From positions 19,340-83,339 of the IMG/VR virus record IMGVR_UViG_3300025018_002598: a stretch of 64,000 nt of DNA. One strand, written 5' to 3'. The number at the start of each line of letters is the position of its first letter. Within the stretch, counting starts at the first letter, position 1. Under the pieces are notes generated by a model that worked only from the letters and a program-made list of their open reading frames with translations, had not been told where the DNA came from and did no database searches. Positions 9,526 to 16,369 of the stretch are shown piece by piece. The translations under genes were made by a program, and so were the position numbers. The DNA comes from a virus (Duplodnaviria; Caudoviricetes).

Positions 9526-10392
9526 ATGAGTTTAATCAAGAATACAGCTAATGATGCAGAAAAAGAGTTGCTTATCGCACAGGCTCTTGAAACACCAGAA
9601 GGTCGTGTGGCTTTGGCCCAGGCTATGGTGGAGCCTATCAAGCGAGCACTTGAGTATCAAGCAATCGGTAGAAAGCTTCTAATGGTGGATGAACTTCCAC
9701 AGGGAGCGTTGGCAAGATACGAGAAGGACGTAGCGTCTACAGCTTATGTTGTTTCAAGACGTGGTGGCGTCCGTGACCGTATCGTTGAAGGCGAAGAAGT
9801 GTTGGTTCCAACATTTGAAATCGCAACAAATCCTCAGATTCGTTTGAGTGAAATTAAAGCACGTAGATTTTATATCGTTGACCGTGCGCAGATGAAAGCT
9901 AAAGAAGCTATTCAGAAGCAAGAAGATACCGAAATTCTCGGTGATATTAATGCTGCTGTTCGTTCTGACCAGACTGTAACTCAGTCCGGTGACTTGAGCA
10001 TCGCTTCTCTTAACTATGCTTTCTCTACAATTGAGTCTCACGACTTAACTGTAGCTAAGATCGTTATGCACCCACAGCAGTATGCTGACATCCGTTTGTT
10101 CGGACGTGACGTGTTTGACGAAGCAACAAGACGTGACGTACTTATGTCTGGTCTCTTCGGACACCTTTGGACATCCGACATTCACGTTTCACACAGAGTA
10201 CCACCAGGTTCCGTTTACTTACTAGCTCCGGCTGAGTATGTAGGTGCTATTCCAGTAAGACAGGACATTACTGTTCTTCCTGCTGACGATCCTAAGAACT
10301 TGAGACTTGGATGGGTTATCTTTGAAGAAATCGGTATTGTTGTTATCAACGACTACGCAATCGCAAAGATTAATCTCACAGCAACTAGCTAA
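9526..10392 (+). CDS. Major capsid protein (HK97-fold type, 288 aa)
   Basis: Follows the protease, scaffold and decoration genes, has strongly biased high-expression codon usage, and is followed by a strong terminator. Size and C-terminal beta-strand pattern fit an HK97-type MCP. Confidence 0.85.
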   Translation: MSLIKNTANDAEKELLIAQALETPEGRVALAQAMVEPIKRALEYQAIGRKLLMVDELPQGALARYEKDVASTAYVVSRRGGVRDRIVEGEEVLVPTFEIATNPQIRLSEIKARRFYIVDRAQMKAKEAIQKQEDTEILGDINAAVRSDQTVTQSGDLSIASLNYAFSTIESHDLTVAKIVMHPQQYADIRLFGRDVFDEATRRDVLMSGLFGHLWTSDIHVSHRVPPGSVYLLAPAEYVGAIPVRQDITVLPADDPKNLRLGWVIFEEIGIVVINDYAIAKINLTATS

Positions 10393-10420
10393 TCAGTAGT
10401 TGACAACCACAAACCCAATG

Positions 10421-10450
10421 GGGGCGGGCCGAAAGGCTCGCCCCTTTCTT
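10421..10450 (+). terminator. Intrinsic terminator after MCP
   Basis: GGGGCGGGCC-GAAA-GGCTCGCCCC (10-bp stem, GNRA loop) followed by TTTCTT. Confidence 0.9.
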
Positions 10451-10452
10451 TA

Positions 10453-11430
10453 TTAGTAATATCTGTCAATAAAATTAATGACTTCATTGTCCGTCATTTC
10501 AAAACTAAAATCAATAGATCCATCTCTTACAAATCTTTCAATCTCACGTATCATTCTAGATCTTAAAGATAGTATTTCTGAAATGTATCTATCTTTAGAC
10601 AACAAAGAAGTCTCTTGAGAGAATAGATCGTATATATATTCATTAATTTTAATATAATCTATTTCTTCATTTCCCTTTACTTTTTCTTGAAAATTTTCTA
10701 ATTCACGATCTAAAAAGTCTGACTGTCCAGAAAGTACAGATTCTTTTATTGAATAATTAAGAAAATAAGGTCTCAAAATAGAAGTCCCCCATGAAATATC
10801 TCTAAAGCCATATGATGTAAGATATTCACCTCGACTTATATGAATTACCCTATCTTCTTTCAATGTATTTTTATTAGAAATTACATCTCCAGTCCCATAG
10901 ATATATTCTTTTCTTCCATTTTCCATCTTTTGTTCAACATTGTCTGGAATAAGATTTGAAATAGATAAATATGTTCCTGAACTTAAATATTTATTCATAT
11001 TTGAAGATACAAAATTATCTCCAAATAAAAAATAGTTTCTAGCGAGTTCGACGACTATTTGATTCATCTCAAGCAAGACTTCTTTTTGTCTGTCTGAACC
11101 TTCCATTTTAAACTTGTAGAATTGAAAAGACGACAATCTCTGTATTGTTTCAGAAACTTCAGAGTAGTTTGTATTGTAATATCTACAATAAGTATAGGTC
11201 TCCCTTCGTTTTGTAGGTAATTGCCACTTCATCGCAGCGAGATGCTGAATAAAATGATCTTCCGGCTCTAGATTGGCCGCTTCTTTCTGAGTCCTACTTA
11301 ATCCGTATTCTTTCAATTTATATCTAACGTATCTTGACGTATAATTCAAGATTTCTGATATCTCGTAACTGGATTTCCTCTGTTTGATGTATAGGTCGTA
11401 AAGAATATCTCTATTTATTTGCTTTTTCAT
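10453..11430 (-). CDS. N-terminal HTH fused to truncated/degenerate portal-like domain
   Basis: HTH-like start (LYDLYIKQRKSSYEISEILNYTSRYVRYKLKEYG), then portal-type motifs YFLFGDNFV, LIPDNV, RVIHI and WGTSILRP. Confidence 0.55.
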   Translation of the reverse strand: MKKQINRDILYDLYIKQRKSSYEISEILNYTSRYVRYKLKEYGLSRTQKEAANLEPEDHFIQHLAAMKWQLPTKRRETYTYCRYYNTNYSEVSETIQRLSSFQFYKFKMEGSDRQKEVLLEMNQIVVELARNYFLFGDNFVSSNMNKYLSSGTYLSISNLIPDNVEQKMENGRKEYIYGTGDVISNKNTLKEDRVIHISRGEYLTSYGFRDISWGTSILRPYFLNYSIKESVLSGQSDFLDRELENFQEKVKGNEEIDYIKINEYIYDLFSQETSLLSKDRYISEILSLRSRMIREIERFVRDGSIDFSFEMTDNEVINFIDRYY

Positions 11431-11533
11431 GATGACTACCTCCGTCGAAGTCTAGGAAATGATACAATTTCCTAGTTTGTTTTTTATGGCCATTTGTTGT
11501 CTCGTATCAATTTGAAAAAATAGGAAGATTAAA

Positions 11534-11713
11534 ATGGAAAGAAAAGAAAAAATAAAACTTACGTATGAAATGAGGAACAGAACGGGGCTTTCAATGATTA
11601 TTTGCTATAGAGAGTTAGAGGCGAATGATTGGGATATAGAAAAGGCCAGTAAATGTTATAGGGATCGCACTCTCCGTGAAAAGAGTAAAAGAGGAGATTT
11701 CATCACATGGTAA
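11534..11713 (+). CDS. 59-aa protein resembling the EF-Ts N-terminal (UBA-like) domain
   Basis: My translation is MERKEKIKLTYEMRNRTGLSMIICYRELEANDWDIEKASKCYR..., which follows the EF-Ts pattern VKELRERTGAGMMDCKKALxEANGDIEKA. It is below the ORF-track length cutoff. Confidence 0.7.
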   Translation: MERKEKIKLTYEMRNRTGLSMIICYRELEANDWDIEKASKCYRDRTLREKSKRGDFITW

Positions 11714-12009
11714 CAAAGGATGTTCTTCTGCTAAGTTTATTACAATGGGGAAATCGTCAACTAAGTAGAGTAAACAATCCTCATAGATTTTTAGTCGTAA
11801 TACCTAACGATTTCAATAAAAATGAAATTTTAGAATTTACCAATTCTTACATTCAAGAAACAAGTCAAAAATATTTTATATTAATAAAAGAAAATGAAAT
11901 AAAAGGTAAATATGATATTCATGGACATTCTTGCAATGTTGTATTTTATAAGACTTCTAAATTTGAAGACTTAGAATATGCTAAAAATATTTTTATTCCA
12001 ATGAACTAG
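11707..12009 (+). CDS. Hypothetical protein
   Basis: 100-aa ORF overlapping the previous stop, in a co-directional small-ORF island. Confidence 0.55.
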   Translation: MVTKDVLLLSLLQWGNRQLSRVNNPHRFLVVIPNDFNKNEILEFTNSYIQETSQKYFILIKENEIKGKYDIHGHSCNVVFYKTSKFEDLEYAKNIFIPMN

Positions 12010-12044
12010 GCATGAAGATCTTAATTTTGTAGAGGTACTTTAAA

Positions 12045-12491
12045 GTGGACAAAAAGAAAAGCGTTTGTTGGAATATAGATCTTACTCAAAAACCAATTGA
12101 GCCTAATGAGAAAAGATTAAAAATCAATAAGGCAAAATTTGAATACGAAGGAAAACAATATGAATTCGAAGTTTTAGATGTCGTTCATCTTGGAACTTTA
12201 CCAGAGTGGCAGTTTTCAGATAGAATGTTAGAAACTTGTGGTTTGACTCTATGTATTGTTTTTGATTCGTATTCAAACAACTTTAACGATACGAATTTAG
12301 GTTTGTCAAAAAAGACTTTTACTCTTTGGTTGAGCGGCGATGGAATTTCTTTTCCCGTAGAAGTTCATGGAGGGAATTATAATCGAAAAGATAATCCAGT
12401 TGCAGGTCCAGGAAAATCCTATGATTATGGATATGAAGTAGATACTGATTGTTTTTTTGCATGTTCTTCTCCATGCTATTTCAAGAAATAA
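12045..12491 (+). CDS. Hypothetical protein
   Basis: 148-aa ORF with GTG start and GAGG RBS. Confidence 0.65.
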   Translation: MDKKKSVCWNIDLTQKPIEPNEKRLKINKAKFEYEGKQYEFEVLDVVHLGTLPEWQFSDRMLETCGLTLCIVFDSYSNNFNDTNLGLSKKTFTLWLSGDGISFPVEVHGGNYNRKDNPVAGPGKSYDYGYEVDTDCFFACSSPCYFKK

Positions 12492-12503
12492 AAAGGATTA
12501 TAA

Positions 12504-12830
12504 ATGGACAAATTAGATCAAATAAAAAAAGAATTAAAATATTTAGAATTTGCAAAACATTGTTCTAATGAAAATTTTCCAGCCTATGATCTTTTTGTTA
12601 ATTATTTCTGCGACAGAGATCCTTATAATTCAGATAATGCAAGAAAAGAGATTAGAGATTTAATTCATGAAAAACAAACTTTGATATTAGAAGAGGCCTT
12701 GAAGACCCCAGAGGGAAAAGAAGCCTTATCTAAATATTTTAAAGATGAAGAAGATAAGCGCCTAAAAGATGAAGAAAAAAAAGAAAGTAGTAGATTTTAT
12801 GCTCAGAGAAAAGGAATTGACCTACAATGA
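12504..12830 (+). CDS. Small protein carrying MCP N-terminal motif (ALKTPEGKEAL)
   Basis: LILEEALKTPEGKEAL versus MCP 15-30 LLIAQALETPEGRVAL. Confidence 0.7.
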   Translation: MDKLDQIKKELKYLEFAKHCSNENFPAYDLFVNYFCDRDPYNSDNARKEIRDLIHEKQTLILEEALKTPEGKEALSKYFKDEEDKRLKDEEKKESSRFYAQRKGIDLQ

Positions 12831-12988
12831 TTGATGAAAATGTATTAGATGTTTTTCTAAAAGAAAGAGAAATAAAATCTAAAGAAATGTCCGAAAGAAG
12901 AAAAAAAGAAAGAGTGGTATCCAGCCCATCTCCCATTGCTAATGATAGAGTTAAGGGAAGATTTCCCACTTCAAAAGATGTTGAATAA
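12827..12988 (+). CDS. 53-aa hypothetical protein
   Basis: The ATG overlaps the upstream stop (ATGA). Translation: MIDENVLDVFLKEREIKSKEMSERRKKERVVSSPSPIANDRVKGRFPTSKDVE. Confidence 0.5.
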   Translation: MIDENVLDVFLKEREIKSKEMSERRKKERVVSSPSPIANDRVKGRFPTSKDVE

Positions 12989-13205
12989 AAAATATTCAGA
13001 TTTAACTTCAAGATATTACTGTCCAAATTGTGGCAATAAATTAAAGTATGAAAATTCAGAAGAGGCATTAAGGGAATATAAAGAAGTTGAAGTAAAGTTA
13101 AATGAATACCTTAAACTTCATCATCCTCTTAAAATACGCAGTGATCAAGAATCCTATGAAACGCCAAGGGGCGACGACTCCTTTGCTATATCTTTTGTAG
13201 ATTAA
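12978..13205 (+). CDS. Small CxxC (Zn-ribbon-like) protein
   Basis: Contains YYCPNCG. The ORF track start at 12936 is TTG; the ATG at 12978 is more plausible. Confidence 0.55.
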   Translation: MLNKKYSDLTSRYYCPNCGNKLKYENSEEALREYKEVEVKLNEYLKLHHPLKIRSDQESYETPRGDDSFAISFVD

Positions 13206-13217
13206 GGAAATGTATAA

Positions 13218-13715
13218 ATGGAAGTTATAAAAAAAACAGTTTATAAAACTTCTGACGGAAGAGTTTTTCTAGATATAAATAAGGCAAATTCTCATGAAGA
13301 AACAATAAAACTAATGAAAAGGGATGCGAAAGTCAAAGACTTAGAAAAAAAAGTTAAAGATCTCTTTCCCATTTCGAAAAAAGTCAACTGTGAACAAGAC
13401 AAAGAACTTATGGAATTAACAAAGAAGATTCCTAGTTATTTAGAATATCGAATAGATTTGTATTGTGAATTCACTGGAATTCCTCTAAGGGTATACTCTA
13501 CTAAATTCCATGACAGTGGACATCAGTATGAAAAAAGCTATTCAGAAGATATAGATAGAATTTTAGATAGACCGCATACAATCTTAAGGTTGGGTAACGT
13601 GGTTAGGACATATTCTAAAGAATCTTATAAAAAAGACATTGTTCCTATTTTAGAGAAAAACCATCTAGTCATAAAGAAATATTTGTTTGAGTTCTATACT
13701 GGAGTGTTGAAATGA
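13218..13715 (+). CDS. Hypothetical protein
   Basis: 165-aa ORF with AAGGA RBS. The N-terminal VYKTSDGRVF motif is common in phage small proteins. Confidence 0.65.
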   Translation: MEVIKKTVYKTSDGRVFLDINKANSHEETIKLMKRDAKVKDLEKKVKDLFPISKKVNCEQDKELMELTKKIPSYLEYRIDLYCEFTGIPLRVYSTKFHDSGHQYEKSYSEDIDRILDRPHTILRLGNVVRTYSKESYKKDIVPILEKNHLVIKKYLFEFYTGVLK

Positions 13716-13906
13716 AAAAAGAAGATAAATACGTAGGCGCCATTCCAGTAAGACAGGACATTACTGTGCTTCCAGCAGATAAAGAAGAAGGATTGAAGTT
13801 AGGATGGATAATTTATGAAGAACTTGGCCCAATCCATTTTGCTGAAGTTTTCTGGAAAGATTTTTCTGATGAAGACAAGATAAAGAAAATCAACGAATAT
13901 AGATGA
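13712..13906 (+). CDS. 64-aa protein carrying MCP residues 238-270
   Basis: YVGAIPVRQDITVLPAD (17 aa) is identical to the MCP, followed by LKLGWIIYEELG versus LRLGWVIFEEIG. Confidence 0.85.
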   Translation: MKKEDKYVGAIPVRQDITVLPADKEEGLKLGWIIYEELGPIHFAEVFWKDFSDEDKIKKINEYR

Positions 13907-13912
13907 GACGAA

Positions 13913-14155
13913 ATGAAGCATATAATCAGAAAAGAATTATATGAAACGAAAGAATATACTATTGAAGAAATTCACGAAGAATTATATGAAACGAAAGAAT
14001 ATACTATTGAAGAAATTCACGAAGAATTAAATCGAAGATTAGAGGCGACAAAAGAAAAGGACTTGCCGAGATATTTATCTTACAATAAAGATAAGTTTGA
14101 GTATGATGAAGATGGAAAAATAATAAAAGTAATTAGTTTGAGAGAAGAGGTTTGA
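13913..14155 (+). CDS. Hypothetical protein with 15-aa tandem duplication
   Basis: ELYETKEYTIEEIHE occurs twice. Confidence 0.55.
   Translation: MKHIIRKELYETKEYTIEEIHEELYETKEYTIEEIHEELNRRLEATKEKDLPRYLSYNKDKFEYDEDGKIIKVISLREEV
13932..14029 (+). repeat. Perfect 45-bp tandem repeat (about 2.2 copies)
   Basis: AAGAATTATATGAAACGAAAGAATATACTATTGAAGAAATTCACG at 13932-13976 and 13977-14021, plus a partial third copy. Confidence 0.95.
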
Positions 14156-14601
14156 TTGTGCCAACTTATCCTATAGAATTAGATAGAGGAATTTTTGAAA
14201 TTGCCGTCTCTGATTATGTCGAAAAAAAGATGGATAAAATTGATTTTATTCGCAATTATGTGGTGAGAAGTTTAGAGAATGAAGTGAAAGGAAAAATAGT
14301 AAGAATCTTGTCTGCTCATTTCCACCAAGATCCTATGATGCGTCAAAACATATATAGAATAGAAGTAGATTACATCCATGAAGAAAGATATGGAGATCAT
14401 CTTGGTTCTGTATTTTCTCAGTTATTAGAGAATGGAAGTTATAGAAATCCAGAATATGATGAGCTTAGATTTGAACAACAATATTTTGTGGACTTTCTAC
14501 CTACGACTCCCGTACTAAAGCCTTCGAAAGAAAAAGTAAAAAAAGAAATTACATATACCAAAATAGATTTAGATGATTTTAAATTCATGGAAGTTGAATA
14601 G
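14152..14601 (+). CDS. Hypothetical protein
   Basis: 149-aa ORF whose TTG start overlaps the upstream stop. Confidence 0.6.
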   Translation: MIVPTYPIELDRGIFEIAVSDYVEKKMDKIDFIRNYVVRSLENEVKGKIVRILSAHFHQDPMMRQNIYRIEVDYIHEERYGDHLGSVFSQLLENGSYRNPEYDELRFEQQYFVDFLPTTPVLKPSKEKVKKEITYTKIDLDDFKFMEVE

Positions 14602-14615
14602 GAAAGGAAAAAATA

Positions 14616-15248
14616 ATGGGAATGTATACTGTTGTAATTCACCCTGAAACAAAAGAAGAGATTCAGATAAAGTGTGGTGGAGATTGGTGTGATAAATATG
14701 AAGTGGGAGATGAAGTCCCATTCAAAATACATCCTGATTGTTCTATGATGGCAGATTTTGCTGATGGGATCTATGTTGGGCTTGGCGAAAGAAATGATTT
14801 CAAAAGTTTCAACAGTTACTATGTTGTAATTTGTGAAGGGAAGATTGCAGAGGTTTCCGAAAAATATCACTCTATGGATTCTAGGGCTGGTTATGAAAGA
14901 GAAGAACTTTACAATAAATATAAAGATCGTTTTATAGAACTTGAAAAGTCTTGGTGGAGTGATGAGGCTTGGAAAAAAGACGAAGAACTAAAGAAAGAAC
15001 TTGAGATTAAAAGGAAAGAATATTTAGATAGACATCATCCTAATTATGAAAAATATAGTGATGAAGAGAAATTTACAGCCAATGTAGTACATGCAATGTC
15101 TGCTTCTAGGCTCAATTACCAAGAGATTGGTAAAAAACTTATGTCCATACAAGAACTACCTCAAGGTGCTTTGGCTAGATATGAAAAAGACGTTGCCAGT
15201 GTTCATCATGTTGTAGGGAAGAGGGAAGAAAATGAAAATAAGAATTGA
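14616..15248 (+). CDS. 210-aa protein ending in a copy of MCP residues about 42-79
   Basis: LNYQEIGKKLMSIQELPQGALARYEKDVASVHHVVGKR versus MCP LEYQAIGRKLLMVDELPQGALARYEKDVASTAYVVSRR. Confidence 0.85.
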   Translation: MGMYTVVIHPETKEEIQIKCGGDWCDKYEVGDEVPFKIHPDCSMMADFADGIYVGLGERNDFKSFNSYYVVICEGKIAEVSEKYHSMDSRAGYEREELYNKYKDRFIELEKSWWSDEAWKKDEELKKELEIKRKEYLDRHHPNYEKYSDEEKFTANVVHAMSASRLNYQEIGKKLMSIQELPQGALARYEKDVASVHHVVGKREENENKN

Positions 15249-15429
15249 AATGTGGGAAGATTTTGCATATTCCCTTGGAGAATTGAAAAACGAAACTACA
15301 TCCTTTTGTGCGATTGCTGAAGTCACTGAAGAAGAACATAAAGAGATGCAAAGAATAATGAAAGATTACTATAGTTTACAGGAAAGATTAACAGATCTTT
15401 ATTCAAAATACGAAAAGGAAAAAAAATGA
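15232..15429 (+). CDS. Small hypothetical protein
   Basis: 65-aa ORF coupled to its neighbours. Confidence 0.55.
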   Translation: MKIRIEMWEDFAYSLGELKNETTSFCAIAEVTEEEHKEMQRIMKDYYSLQERLTDLYSKYEKEKK

Positions 15430-15881
15430 GTTTAGAATCAGATAAAAAAAACGAAGAGTTAATTCAATTGGCATTAGAGACAGGAGCGGGAAAGCGAGCA
15501 ATACAAGAGGCTCTTGGCGGATATGAAATGTTTAAAAGAAACTTAGATGATAAGAATAAAAACCTTGTCGAAAGATTAAATGAATCATATTCTAAAATAG
15601 AAAATCAATATGAAGAAATGGGCGACAAAGAGTATATAATTCCATTCGGAGTGAAATGTCTGGTGGAAGCGAGAGACTTTCTATTAAAACATCAGGCTTG
15701 GGAAGCGAAAATGTTGGAAACAGATGAATGCTGGGAAGACTCATTACCAAAATTAAATCAAGAACTATATGATGAATCTTTAGATATTCAGGGAAATAGA
15801 AACCACCTATTAAGTCGTATTGAAATGCAATTAAATATTATAATTAAAAAGAATGAGGAGAAACAAAATGCCAAGTCTTGA
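15426..15881 (+). CDS. 151-aa protein starting with MCP N-terminal-like motif
   Basis: EELIQLALETGAGKRAIQEAL versus MCP 14-34 ELLIAQALETPEGRVALAQAM. Confidence 0.65.
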   Translation: MSLESDKKNEELIQLALETGAGKRAIQEALGGYEMFKRNLDDKNKNLVERLNESYSKIENQYEEMGDKEYIIPFGVKCLVEARDFLLKHQAWEAKMLETDECWEDSLPKLNQELYDESLDIQGNRNHLLSRIEMQLNIIIKKNEEKQNAKS

Positions 15882-16056
15882 TCAACATATAGCAGACTGT
15901 ATAGAAGAGATGGGTAAGGGGCACAGAGAAGTTCATATTTGGTTGGATGAATACTTTAATACTATGGGTCCAAAGCATATCTGATTCATTCTCAAGCAGA
16001 TCGATGGCCTCCTCAAGGGATATTGCCTTTTTGATAAAATACGACCAATTTGACAT
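15844..16056 (-). CDS. Short ORF MSNWSYFIKKAISLEEAIDLLENES..., probably truncated
   Basis: Its ATG overlaps the TGA of 16056..16361 (TGATG). The distal half is antisense to the plus-strand gene at 15868. Confidence 0.4.
   Translation of the reverse strand: MSNWSYFIKKAISLEEAIDLLENESDMLWTHSIKVFIQPNMNFSVPLTHLFYTVCYMLIKTWHFVSPHSF
15868..15984 (+). pseudogene. 38-aa ORF, probably 3'-truncated
   Basis: GAGGAG RBS. Translation MPSLDQHIADCIEEMGKGHREVHIWLDEYFNTMGPKHI* ends abruptly where it meets a convergent gene. Confidence 0.4.
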
Positions 16057-16361
16057 CACACTATATCCGAAACGGGCGTATCCGACCACATCTTACAAGA
16101 CCAGTATTTTGCTTTCCATTTAGGTCCAGGATTGTCACATCCATGACGTGCCCTAAAGTTCTTCTTAGCTTCTGGGTTGTCTCTTCTTATTTCCATATTT
16201 GGATCGCCAAAGTTAACTTTGACAACATTTCCCTTATCGTTTTTCACGAAGACTTTATATTTTTTAACGTCACCCTTTGTGGGTTTGTTTAGTGTAACTT
16301 TTTTACCCTGATATTCAGATTTAGATTCTGAAAACTTCATTAAATTAAATTTCGACATCAA
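16056..16361 (-). CDS. Conserved small basic viral protein (KKYKVFV..VNFGD..FRARHxC...YWSC family)
   Basis: The motif pattern is one I recognise from many large phages. Function unknown. Confidence 0.7.
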   Translation of the reverse strand: MMSKFNLMKFSESKSEYQGKKVTLNKPTKGDVKKYKVFVKNDKGNVVKVNFGDPNMEIRRDNPEAKKNFRARHGCDNPGPKWKAKYWSCKMWSDTPVSDIV

Positions 16362-16369
16362 ATTTCACC

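Noticed and set aside
767-10041. Many short ORFs antisense or out-of-frame within the head genes (e.g. 767..949, 6014..6352, 8398..8721, 9754..10041)
   Set aside because: These are shadows of long, well-supported genes. Their composition mirrors the acidic or low-complexity sense strand and they have no RBS or motifs.
12739-14870. Minus-strand ORFs 12739..13068 and 14439..14870
   Set aside because: They are antisense to a tightly coupled plus-strand ORF series and have no recognisable motifs.
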